From Candidatus Thorarchaeota archaeon (GTDB taxonomy: Archaea; Asgardarchaeota; Thorarchaeia; Thorarchaeales; Thorarchaeaceae): a stretch of DNA of 20,000 bases. Both the position numbers and the translations under genes were made by a program. Positions 1 to 8,101 of the stretch are shown here, piece by piece (positions within the stretch are counted from its first letter, which is position 1; the number at the start of each line of letters is the position of its first letter). Under the pieces are notes generated by a model that did no database searches, was not told the origin of the DNA, and worked only from the letters and a program-made list of their open reading frames with translations. Where the stretch lies: NCBI GenBank assembly GCA_013388835.1, contig JACAEL010000092.1, forward strand, positions 18,023-38,022. The letters are read 5' to 3'.

Positions 1-81
1 AGTCTTCTAGAGTGGGCAACGACTGGACTGAGACGACTGACGGTCCACTACTGTTCGGCAGGATTCAAGGACAGTGTTCAG

Positions 82-432
82 ATGCGAAACAGACTGCAAA
101 GAAGAATGGAGCGGACCAGACGAGAGTTCGAGGTGGCCGATGACACTGAGCCTCTGCTAGTGCTCGGTGTCGTGAGAGCACCTCACGGCAAGAGCCTGTC
201 AGAAGAGGAACTCTCAACGATAAGCCGAGTCCTCACCGAGGGACTCCAGGTGCCCAGAGAGATGATCAACATTGACCAGATTCGAAGCAGGCTGGAGATA
301 GCACCGTGGATACTTGAAGAGGTGGCCGAAGACCTCAGACATGCGCTTCCGGGACCGATGAACATAGAGATTGGGATTGCGCAGGAGTACCCGACATGGG
401 ACCGGTTCCAGACCCTGTTTGAGCCTCTGTGA
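82..432 (+). CDS. Hypothetical protein, 116 aa, convergent with pelota
   Basis: ORF with ATG start; in-frame stop upstream at 37-39, so it is complete; ends 2 nt before the pelota stop; no family recognised. Confidence 0.5.
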   Translation: MRNRLQRRMERTRREFEVADDTEPLLVLGVVRAPHGKSLSEEELSTISRVLTEGLQVPREMINIDQIRSRLEIAPWILEEVAEDLRHALPGPMNIEIGIAQEYPTWDRFQTLFEPL

Positions 433-434
433 CC

Positions 435-1520
435 TCACTGCACCTTGAAGCGGAGCACCGCGGCAATTCCTCCCAGATTGTGAAGCTGGTCCCCCGCTGG
501 ATGCTCCGTCGACACCACATGGAAGGTGCCGCGCGTCTTCTCCACATCATGTATCAGTCGGTCAATCCAACGACGCTGTTCAGCAGAACACTCCCTGAGG
601 CGCAGGTCAGTCACTAACAGGTGCGCTACTGCGCCGTACTGGACGGCCTGTTCAACCTCCGCATCACCATATGCGCCGAGTCCGTCGTTCTTCGCCACAT
701 GGGTGATGAGCTCCTCGATGAGTTGGGTCTCGGTCTCAATCTTGAGCTCCGCGACAGTCTTCGAGATGATGCCCCGGAACAGGAGTTCCTTGGCTCCCGG
801 AATGCCGATGCTGTTGGTACCCTCCACAATCAGAGTTGGGAGGGACTTTATGCTTGCTTTCCTGAGATACTCCGCGAAGTGCTCCTTGACGAATCCCGGT
901 CCTGCAATCACAAGCAGACCTATTTGGTGCTGTTCCAGCTGAGACCGCACTGCGCTGACAACATCTGAGAAGAACTCCTCCATTGTCGAGTCGAAGGCCT
1001 TCTGGTCGCCACGCTTACGGGATATGTCTGTCCTGACGCTCACAGCCTCACGTAATCCAAAGTCTGCCACCAAGAAGAGCTCAGCACTACCGTCCTCGAT
1101 TGTGACTAGGAGCGTGACCGCACTCGCACGTTCCTTCTCCGCCTCGGTGATTCGCTTGAGCAGGTACTCTGGCCAGTGGTCCTTTCTGACTGTCAGAACG
1201 CTGCCCGGCTCCACGTTGAACGTATGATGTGATCCTATGCTGACCAAGTCCGACGGTCCCTCGAGTATCGTACCTTTGATACGAACTCTGTTGGAGAAGG
1301 TGTGGAAAGACACGTCGTCGACAAGCAGTACGAGAGTCATTGGTCGTCGCACACTCTCCTGCTTCCGACTGTCCTCATCGCCAACACGGACCCGGCGCAC
1401 TGTCCGTGACACCACTCTGTCCCCGCTACTGACTATGTTATAGAGGTGCCACAGATCGTCAAGGGTGTCGACCTGCAGTGTGATGCTGCCCTCTTTCAAG
1501 TCGCGCTTCATGACCTTCAT
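435..1520 (-). CDS. pelA: Pelota/Dom34 mRNA surveillance and ribosome rescue factor
   Basis: 361 aa starting MKVMKRDLKEGSITLQVDTLDDLWHLYNIV; eRF1-like domains with ISRKRGD, VIAGPGFVKEHF and a GAVAHLLVTD C-terminal motif. Confidence 0.95.
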   Translation of the reverse strand: MKVMKRDLKEGSITLQVDTLDDLWHLYNIVSSGDRVVSRTVRRVRVGDEDSRKQESVRRPMTLVLLVDDVSFHTFSNRVRIKGTILEGPSDLVSIGSHHTFNVEPGSVLTVRKDHWPEYLLKRITEAEKERASAVTLLVTIEDGSAELFLVADFGLREAVSVRTDISRKRGDQKAFDSTMEEFFSDVVSAVRSQLEQHQIGLLVIAGPGFVKEHFAEYLRKASIKSLPTLIVEGTNSIGIPGAKELLFRGIISKTVAELKIETETQLIEELITHVAKNDGLGAYGDAEVEQAVQYGAVAHLLVTDLRLRECSAEQRRWIDRLIHDVEKTRGTFHVVSTEHPAGDQLHNLGGIAAVLRFKVQ

Positions 1521-1546
1521 TGTGGCATCAGGCGTCTTGACAACCC

Positions 1547-2980
1547 TTAGAAGAAATAGCTTCCGTAGTCATCAGATGGCTCGATTGTTCGAGCCGGGGT
1601 ACTAGCCCCAGAGGATGTGGAAGGTGCATCGATGTGCATCGCGAGAGCAATGGCCTGTCGAACATGGGATGGAAGCACATAGTCGGACTCCTGCTGAGCA
1701 GCCAGGTCTCCAGAGACCCGGACCAGACCTCCTAGCTCCCGAAGGCGCAGGGTAAGTGCATTCGGACGCCCATCTAGCCTGAGAGCCATGTCCTCGGATG
1801 CTTTGATGATCTCACAGACCGACTCCACAGTGAAGTGCGGGATGCGTCCGTCCTCGACTACGGTCTCCGCAATGAATCGCACTGTGTCGTCAATGTGTGC
1901 CGGGGTCTTCTCGAACCACGAGGCAAGCATTATCTCATAACCATAGCCACGTATCCTGGACCTGAGGGGAGGGATGATTCGAGGGAGGTCGTCGATGTTG
2001 CAGGCTGCAAACAGCAGGAAGTCACAAGGCACATCGTCGACACGCACGGATGCACCTGAGCTGTGGGGGTTGTGTCCGGTGATGGGGTACTTCCGGTCTT
2101 GCATTGCAGTGAGCAGGTGCTTCTGATAAGGTCCCAGGGCGGCCAGCTCATCGACATAGACTATTCCCTCGTGTGCTTCGTGTACTGCACCAGCAACGAC
2201 TCGCAAGTACGCTGCTTGACCCATGGACTCTGCACTCCCATAGGGGTCGTGCTTGACATCCCCCAGCAACTCCACAGGGCTGGAACCACTCACTCGCACG
2301 AACCGGGGTGTGTTCAGACCGACAAGGGTGCGTTCCCCCTGTGCGTCGTGTGAGAAGGACATCTCGGCAGACTCGCGATGTCGTGTGACCCTGACAGTGT
2401 TACCGCAGTCGCTTCGGAATACTGTGAGTCGACCAGTGTCAGGGTCGCGGATGGCGAGTTCCTGTTCAGCACGTTCTTGGATCACATCTAGGGCCCTGAA
2501 GAGGCCCAGATATGCATGGTCGTCGTCCCACGTACTCCGCTTCGACGCACCGCACTCGATACATACGCCCTGCTCCCGCAGACTGAGACTGCCGCACGCA
2601 GGACAGCGATACCCCATTCTGATACCGACTTCCAGAGGGAGGTCTTCAGGACGAACGTAGAATGTCTCGTCAGGCTGTAGAACTGACGGACTTGACGTCT
2701 GGATCTTGCGTCTTCGAACCACGACCCTTGGACGTTCAGGGTTCTCCGGGTCATGCCTGAGCAATACTTCCTCGCTAGGAGGTGGAAGGAGCGAGTATGC
2801 AGCCTTTGCGAGCATCGACTTGCCAACCCCAGGAGGACCGCATAGCAGCACATGCCGCCGCTGTCTTACAGCAGTCTTGACGAGCCATACGGCGTGTTCT
2901 TGGCCAATTATCCTCTCAAATGGGTCGTGTGAGAGATTCACCTCACTTGTACTCTCAATGGTGTCGAGGATACAGGTCAA
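1547..2980 (-). CDS. LonB-type AAA+ ATPase lacking the C-terminal Lon protease domain, with a Cys-rich (zinc-knuckle-like) insert
   Basis: Walker A GPPGVGKS; Walker B-like IVYVDEL; LonB-like blocks GDVKHDPYGS, LLTAMQDRKYPITG, SSGASVRVDDVPCDFLLFAACN and LRSRIRGYGYE; insert YRCPACGSLSLREQGVCIECGAS; ends ...DYGSYFF with no Ser-Lys protease region; TTG start. Confidence 0.88.
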   Translation of the reverse strand: MTCILDTIESTSEVNLSHDPFERIIGQEHAVWLVKTAVRQRRHVLLCGPPGVGKSMLAKAAYSLLPPPSEEVLLRHDPENPERPRVVVRRRKIQTSSPSVLQPDETFYVRPEDLPLEVGIRMGYRCPACGSLSLREQGVCIECGASKRSTWDDDHAYLGLFRALDVIQERAEQELAIRDPDTGRLTVFRSDCGNTVRVTRHRESAEMSFSHDAQGERTLVGLNTPRFVRVSGSSPVELLGDVKHDPYGSAESMGQAAYLRVVAGAVHEAHEGIVYVDELAALGPYQKHLLTAMQDRKYPITGHNPHSSGASVRVDDVPCDFLLFAACNIDDLPRIIPPLRSRIRGYGYEIMLASWFEKTPAHIDDTVRFIAETVVEDGRIPHFTVESVCEIIKASEDMALRLDGRPNALTLRLRELGGLVRVSGDLAAQQESDYVLPSHVRQAIALAMHIDAPSTSSGASTPARTIEPSDDYGSYFF

Positions 2981-3013
2981 ATCAGAACACCCTTGTACGC
3001 CGGCAGAAGCTCG

Positions 3014-3039
3014 TACTCACAACGACATAATTGTGAGTA
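3014..3039. promoter_or_regulatory. 9-bp perfect inverted repeat with 8-nt spacer upstream of the LonB-like gene (operator or 5'-UTR hairpin candidate)
   Basis: TACTCACAA (3014-3022) / TTGTGAGTA (3031-3039), 34-59 nt upstream of the 2980 start codon. Confidence 0.4.
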
Positions 3040-3281
3040 ATACTCCCGGACTTGCATCAGCTGCCGCACAGCTGGAGAGTCTTGGACTACACAAGGTGGT
3101 GCTCATGCGATTCTGCAGTGACACATGAGTCCCAAGGTCAACTCGACATCAACTGACCTCGAGGAGTGACCCCAGTGCCATCTCCGAGGAGCGGCAGGAC
3201 TTCCCTGTCAGACCCTGTCGAACTGACAATGAATGGTCAGGAGTCCCAAGTCCGACGTTCAATCACTCGTCAATCGTACAC

Positions 3282-4643
3282 TCAGGAGGCCACATCGTCG
3301 AAAGTGAGGACCTTGAGCAGTGGGGGCCTGTTCTCGAGGTCCGCCATTGCAGCACCAATCAGATACTGAACGTTCTTCTTAGATGCAATGTCGACAAGTC
3401 TCTGGGTGACAACCCCGTCGAAGACAACAGCATGGACATTGTCTTGGGACTCCAGCGTCTTGGCCAGTTCTGCGACGCCGCACTCTGTTATCACTTGCTT
3501 GTCGGACCCGAAGAGCACCGCGCGAAAAGACTCCCGGACACTGGGGATTCGTGACGAGAAGGCCGGGTCAACAGTGACTGTGCTCTTGCCTCGACGCGGA
3601 AGAATGCTTACTCGTTCCGGTTTCGGTGTGACAGTAGCCTCAGCGCTTGATGATGCACTCTCAGGAGGCTCCCGACGCTCGTGGGTCGCCGGGGGTGCTC
3701 CTCTCAGCAAGTGCTTCTTCTTCGGAGGTGCTGCGGTCCGCTTGTCAGTGACCAGAGCCAGCGCCTGGTCAGCGGGAATCTTTGACTGAAGTGCCTTGAG
3801 AATCTCGCGCCGGGTCAGCTCTTCCACCTCCTTGCCCTCAGGAGCCCTTGCAATATAGTCGATTTTGGCGACCTGCATCAACTCTCTGAGAATGAAGTCG
3901 CCGCCCCTGTCACCATCGAGGAATGCAATGACCGTCTTGACCTTCTTGGTCAGGTCGATGACCGACTTTGGAACATTCGTCCCTTCCACGGCAACTGTGT
4001 TGTTGATGCCGCTCTTCATCAGATTGATGATGTCGGCCCGACCTTCAACAATGATGATCTCATCGCTCTCCTCAAGACTCGGCCCTGCTGGCAGTTTGTC
4101 AGGTCCGAACTTTGCGACAGTCTTCCGGCTCCCCTTCGACACCGCGTCGGCAATCTCCTCAGTGCCAGGTGATACCTCCTCCTCCCAGCCCTTTAGAATG
4201 CTTATTGCTCGGCTGACAACCCGGCGTCGCTTGGCACCCCGGATGTCTTCGAGCTTGTCAAGTGTCACCTTCGCAGTACATGGGCCCACACGGTCCACAG
4301 TCTCAAGAGTCGCTGCGAGTATCGCAGTAGCCGTCTTGTTCAGTGACACGGGGATCACAATCTCGCCCTTGCTGTGTCCACCTTCGGACTTGATAGCAAT
4401 CTGAATGCGCCCAATTCGTCCTGTGCGCTGAAGCTCCCGGAGGTCCAGGTCTTCGCCAAGTAGCCCCTCCGTCTGTCCGAACAGGGCACCAACAACATCA
4501 GGCTTGTCAACAACACCGTCAATCTCAATGCGTGCGCGAATGACGTACTTCGCAGCACCCTCGTCGAAATCTGTTCCTATGTCTATGCACTTCTCCTTTG
4601 AATGGCTCCCGCTTCCCCCGCGTTCGAGTCGCCCTTCAACCAA
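3282..4643 (-). CDS. dnaG: Archaeal DnaG-like primase (TOPRIM)
   Basis: KYVIRARIEIDGVVDKPDVVGALFGQTEGLLGEDLDLRELQ; TOPRIM motifs IIIVEGRADI and AFLDGDRGGD; the N-terminal start is uncertain (see findings). Confidence 0.94.
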   Translation of the reverse strand: MVEGRLERGGSGSHSKEKCIDIGTDFDEGAAKYVIRARIEIDGVVDKPDVVGALFGQTEGLLGEDLDLRELQRTGRIGRIQIAIKSEGGHSKGEIVIPVSLNKTATAILAATLETVDRVGPCTAKVTLDKLEDIRGAKRRRVVSRAISILKGWEEEVSPGTEEIADAVSKGSRKTVAKFGPDKLPAGPSLEESDEIIIVEGRADIINLMKSGINNTVAVEGTNVPKSVIDLTKKVKTVIAFLDGDRGGDFILRELMQVAKIDYIARAPEGKEVEELTRREILKALQSKIPADQALALVTDKRTAAPPKKKHLLRGAPPATHERREPPESASSSAEATVTPKPERVSILPRRGKSTVTVDPAFSSRIPSVRESFRAVLFGSDKQVITECGVAELAKTLESQDNVHAVVFDGVVTQRLVDIASKKNVQYLIGAAMADLENRPPLLKVLTFDDVAS

Positions 4644-5054
4644 GTACGCCTTTAAGGGACTGTTCCTGTCCCCTCACATTACATCGGCACATGAATCACT
4701 CATTACTACAGACTCTAGGTCACGCCCTGTGAATTTGGGTGATGGTGGTGATGTGGTAATCTTGTGAATGGTGAAGTCCAACTCAAGCGTGGCGGCATCC
4801 GACGACTCGTCTGTCATTTTGAGTCCAGAAGTCCGCGGCGCCAGTGAATGTGAACTAATGATGTGAAGATACTCATGCTGTGCCGAAAGAGTCTCGGCAC
4901 TCCTGACTGTCATCACGTCAGAGCGTATTTTAACATGTCGTTGATGCACTTGAAAACACTAATAACGGTGTGCGAGTAGACGTCATGTGGTTCGGGAGAT
5001 AGATATCCACTCACGAGGGCGCACCGAGCAATGCAATGACGTGTTGCGCAAGGG

Positions 5055-5277
5055 GTGGCTCACAGCCCGGACCGGTCCTGTCAAGAAAACACAGTGAGCC
5101 ACAACGGACTCGTACGATCTGGGCGACAGCCCTGAGATGAGACATGGGTCACCCTGGTCTCGCACATTGACAGGAGGGTCGATGCCGACACAGCCCAACA
5201 CGACACAGCTCAGCTGAGCCGGACTGTAGTCTGAAGCTAGGACGTTGGGAGTTGGTGGATGGGTACAGGCATCGACC
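5055..5277. ncRNA. Unidentified highly structured intergenic region, candidate ncRNA, strand undetermined
   Basis: Several perfect inverted repeats: 5055-5063/5094-5102 (9 bp), 5076-5084/5167-5175 (9 bp), 5117-5124/5129-5138 (8 bp with a bulge, GACA loop), 5139-5143/5157-5161, 5177-5186/5268-5277 (10 bp), 5194-5199/5244-5249 nested inside the last. Confidence 0.4.
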
Positions 5278-5348
5278 ACAACACCGATACGTATGGACTT
5301 CGAAACAGAACGCCTGTCCCTTCAGTATTACCACGTGTGGCACCCAGA

Positions 5349-5361
5349 GAACGGCTTAAGA
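5349..5361 (+). promoter_or_regulatory. BRE/TATA-like promoter element of MetAP copy A
   Basis: GAACGGCTTAAGA; GCTTAAGA begins 42 nt upstream of the ATG; nearly identical element upstream of copy B. Confidence 0.55.
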
Positions 5362-5395
5362 CCCGAGTGCGCTCCTTCAGTTCTGTAGAAAGCAT

Positions 5396-6310
5396 ATGAG
5401 AGTAAGACCACATCCAGACCTTGTCAAGGCGGGAAGGATAGCTGCACGGGCACTTGCGGATGTCGTCAAGACAGTCCGGCCTGGGGTTCAGGTCAGCAAG
5501 GTCTGCAAACTCGCTGAAGCGAAGATACTCGACTATGGTGCGACTGGACTAGCATTCCCGTGTAACCTATCGATAGACGAGGTTGCAGCGCATTACACGA
5601 GTCCACGGAACGACACCTCGGTCATACCAGACAAGGGGTTGGTCAAGATAGACATCGGAGCAAGTGTTAGAGGATACCTGTCGGACACAGCCACGACTGT
5701 GGACATCGATGGCTCCTACGAGGAGTTTGTCGCCGCCTCATCCTCGGCGCTGGAGGAAGCAATCGAGGCAATGCGCCCAGGAGCTAGACTTGGCGACATC
5801 GGGGCAGTGATAGAGAGAGGTATTAAGCGGAACGGTTTCAGACCTGTATACGAGCTCTCAGGGCATCAGATGAAGCGGGGCGTACTTCACGCAGGGAAGA
5901 GCGTTCCCAACATCGCGACCAGCTCCGGTCAGCAGGTGTTACGGGGAGAGACCTATGCAATCGAGCCTTTTGCTACTGATGGGGATGGTACCGTAAGGAT
6001 GACCGCGGAGGCGTACATCTTCTCCAACATGGAGACAGATTGGCGAAGACTGAGGGCAGAGGCCCGCAGCGTCTACACAGTTGCGCGTCGGCGGTTCGGC
6101 AGTCTGCCTTGGGCATCCAGATGGCTTGCAGTCGACGGAGTGGATGTGGACGCCGCCATCAGGGAACTGGTCAATGCTGGAGCACTGAGAGAATACCCCG
6201 TCCTTGTTGAAGGGAAGCTCGGCATGGTCGCACAGGCCGAACACAGCGTCTTCGTGGGCGCCGACGGTGCGATGGTACTCACCAGTACAAGCACCTCGTC
6301 GACAGAGTGA
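5396..6310 (+). CDS. map: Type II methionine aminopeptidase, copy A
   Basis: Pita-bread fold signatures IDEVAAHYTSPRNDTSVIP, VKIDIG..RGYLSDTA, ELSGHQ...LHAGKSVPN, YAIEPFAT, AQAEHSVFV; metal ligands D, D, H, E, E present. Confidence 0.95.
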   Translation: MRVRPHPDLVKAGRIAARALADVVKTVRPGVQVSKVCKLAEAKILDYGATGLAFPCNLSIDEVAAHYTSPRNDTSVIPDKGLVKIDIGASVRGYLSDTATTVDIDGSYEEFVAASSSALEEAIEAMRPGARLGDIGAVIERGIKRNGFRPVYELSGHQMKRGVLHAGKSVPNIATSSGQQVLRGETYAIEPFATDGDGTVRMTAEAYIFSNMETDWRRLRAEARSVYTVARRRFGSLPWASRWLAVDGVDVDAAIRELVNAGALREYPVLVEGKLGMVAQAEHSVFVGADGAMVLTSTSTSSTE

Positions 6311-6350
6311 CGTCATGCAGTTCAAGCGGTGAGTGTGACACAGAGTAACG

Positions 6351-6357
6351 TTTAAAA
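6351..6357 (+). promoter_or_regulatory. TATA box for 5S rRNA
   Basis: TTTAAAA about 30 nt upstream of the 5S 5' end. Confidence 0.55.
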
Positions 6358-6383
6358 CACGTTCGAGGGCATGATGACTCGAT

Positions 6384-6498
6384 GGCGGCCATAGGCGCCG
6401 GGGTTCACCGGATCCCGTTCCGATCTCCGAAGTTAAGGCCGGCGACCGTTGTGGGAAATGTGCGGTGCGCGAGCCCGTGACAGGCCCACAAGCTGCCA
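6384..6498 (+). rRNA. rrf: 5S ribosomal RNA, unlinked from 16S/23S within this window
   Basis: Terminal helix GGCGGC (6384-6389)/GCTGCC (6492-6497); conserved core GATCCCGTTCCGATCTCCGAAGTTAAGGCCGGCG; archaeal-like GTGCGCGAGCCCG arm; pyrimidine-rich tail after the gene. Confidence 0.93.
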
Positions 6499-6597
6499 CT
6501 TTCTTCTTATCATCCATTGAGAATGCGAATGGGTCAGCAATCTATGACCTTGATAGAAACCATTAAAGCATAACTGAGTGAGGGGCGGCTGATACAG

Positions 6598-7719
6598 ATG
6601 CAGTTCGGCACAGAGCCCAACGAGTTCAGTTGGGTCATTAACCTGGCGTTCTTTGCCTTCATAGTCATATTCAGCCTCTACGGCGCAAAGATCCAGATGT
6701 GGCAGTGGTTGAAGCAGATTGAGGCGGGTCTGATTGAACTCAGGCGGATGGCCATAGAGTCTCGACAGACGGCAATCAACACATTCAAGGCGTTTGGAAA
6801 GTCTGAAGAAGAGGTAGCAGCAGGACTGGACCGGTGGTTGGACTACTTCACGATCATGCCCGTCGACCTTGACCCTGCGGGTATCCTGAAGAGACTCGAC
6901 CATCTTCTTGACGAGCGACGTGACCGCTTCCAAGAGTTTGTCAGGGAACTTGCTCCTGAGGCGGACAGCACTACAGACCAGAATCTCGAGAACACGCTAG
7001 AGGTATCGCAGGTGATGAGTCTGATCTACAGGATTGTCAGACACTTCTATCTGCTGGGAAAGAAGACAGGAAGCCAGATACTGATCATGCAGGTTCAGAT
7101 GCAGATGCCGGAACTGCTGAGGCTTGCAAAGGCATACTTTGATGCAATTGACGCATTCGCAGAGGGAAAGCCAATTGGAGACGGCATTGGTCCACTGGTG
7201 GTGACCAAGTTCGCAAGGGAGTATGGAGGGACTCCAGAAAACTATGTACACGAGGTGACCAGAGAGGTCGGTTACTACCCCATTGGGGTTGACGGACGGA
7301 GCGTTTACGCAGTCAGGGCAACAGGGCCGGGTGGAACGGTCGGCAAGCCCGGATTTGCCATCAGGAAGATTGTCGAGGAGAACCCGAAAGCGTTCTCCAG
7401 AATCATAACAGTCGATGCAGCGCTGAAGCTGGAGGGCGAGGACTTGGGAAGGGTCTCAGAAGGCACTGGCGCAGCCATAGGAGACCCCGGGCCTGAGAAG
7501 CATGCGATTGAGGATGTTGCAACTCAGAATGGGATTGCTCTTGAGGCGATAGTCGTGAAGCAAGACGAGGCTGCAGCGGTTGGCATCATGCAGAAGAAGG
7601 TACTCGATGCGATACCAGAGGTCATCGAGAGGATAAAGGACTCGATTGCGAAGAGGACCAAGCCAGGAGACAGGATAATACTGGCGGGCATTGGTAACAC
7701 AATGGGGATTGGGCTCTGA
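6598..7719 (+). CDS. DUF1512-family archaeal protein with an N-terminal transmembrane segment
   Basis: 373 aa; one N-terminal TM (FSWVINLAFFAFIVIFSLYGA) followed by a long soluble region; C-terminal KPGDRIILAGIGNTMGIGL; family assigned from memory. Confidence 0.7.
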   Translation: MQFGTEPNEFSWVINLAFFAFIVIFSLYGAKIQMWQWLKQIEAGLIELRRMAIESRQTAINTFKAFGKSEEEVAAGLDRWLDYFTIMPVDLDPAGILKRLDHLLDERRDRFQEFVRELAPEADSTTDQNLENTLEVSQVMSLIYRIVRHFYLLGKKTGSQILIMQVQMQMPELLRLAKAYFDAIDAFAEGKPIGDGIGPLVVTKFAREYGGTPENYVHEVTREVGYYPIGVDGRSVYAVRATGPGGTVGKPGFAIRKIVEENPKAFSRIITVDAALKLEGEDLGRVSEGTGAAIGDPGPEKHAIEDVATQNGIALEAIVVKQDEAAAVGIMQKKVLDAIPEVIERIKDSIAKRTKPGDRIILAGIGNTMGIGL

Positions 7720-7729
7720 GGTGAACTGA

Positions 7730-8101
7730 ATGGGGATATTATCGAAGGCAATTGGCGCCATATTCTCCGGCACTGGCATAGTCATTCTCATGTACGGCAG
7801 TAGCAGTGATGCTCCACTCTCAATGGTCTGGTTCTTTCTGGGGCTCTTTGTGCTGTCCTTGGGGTTCAGTATGATTACCGCGGGTCGACAGACGCGAGAA
7901 CAGAAACCACCACCACCCACAATCACAGAGATAAGGTGCGACAGCAAGAGCTGTGACTTCAAGGAGATACGGAACTTCGAGAAGGGGGACTACATCTTGA
8001 AACCTGTTCAAGCCCCATGTCCGAAGTGCGGCCAGTCAATGACCGTACAGGGCGTCTACATAGTGAAAGAAGAGGACGAGAGGGACAAGACCACCTTCTA
8101 A
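7730..8101 (+). CDS. Small membrane protein with C-terminal zinc-ribbon
   Basis: Two hydrophobic segments then CDSKSC...CPKCG; 10 nt downstream of the DUF1512 gene. Confidence 0.65.
   Translation: MGILSKAIGAIFSGTGIVILMYGSSSDAPLSMVWFFLGLFVLSLGFSMITAGRQTREQKPPPPTITEIRCDSKSCDFKEIRNFEKGDYILKPVQAPCPKCGQSMTVQGVYIVKEEDERDKTTF

Noticed and set aside
526-942. 138-aa antisense ORF over pelota
   Set aside because: Antisense to a confident pelota CDS, no domain.
4983-5279. 98-aa minus-strand ORF in the dnaG-map gap
   Set aside because: No recognisable domain, low-complexity-like composition, and it coincides with the inverted-repeat-rich region, more consistent with RNA than protein.
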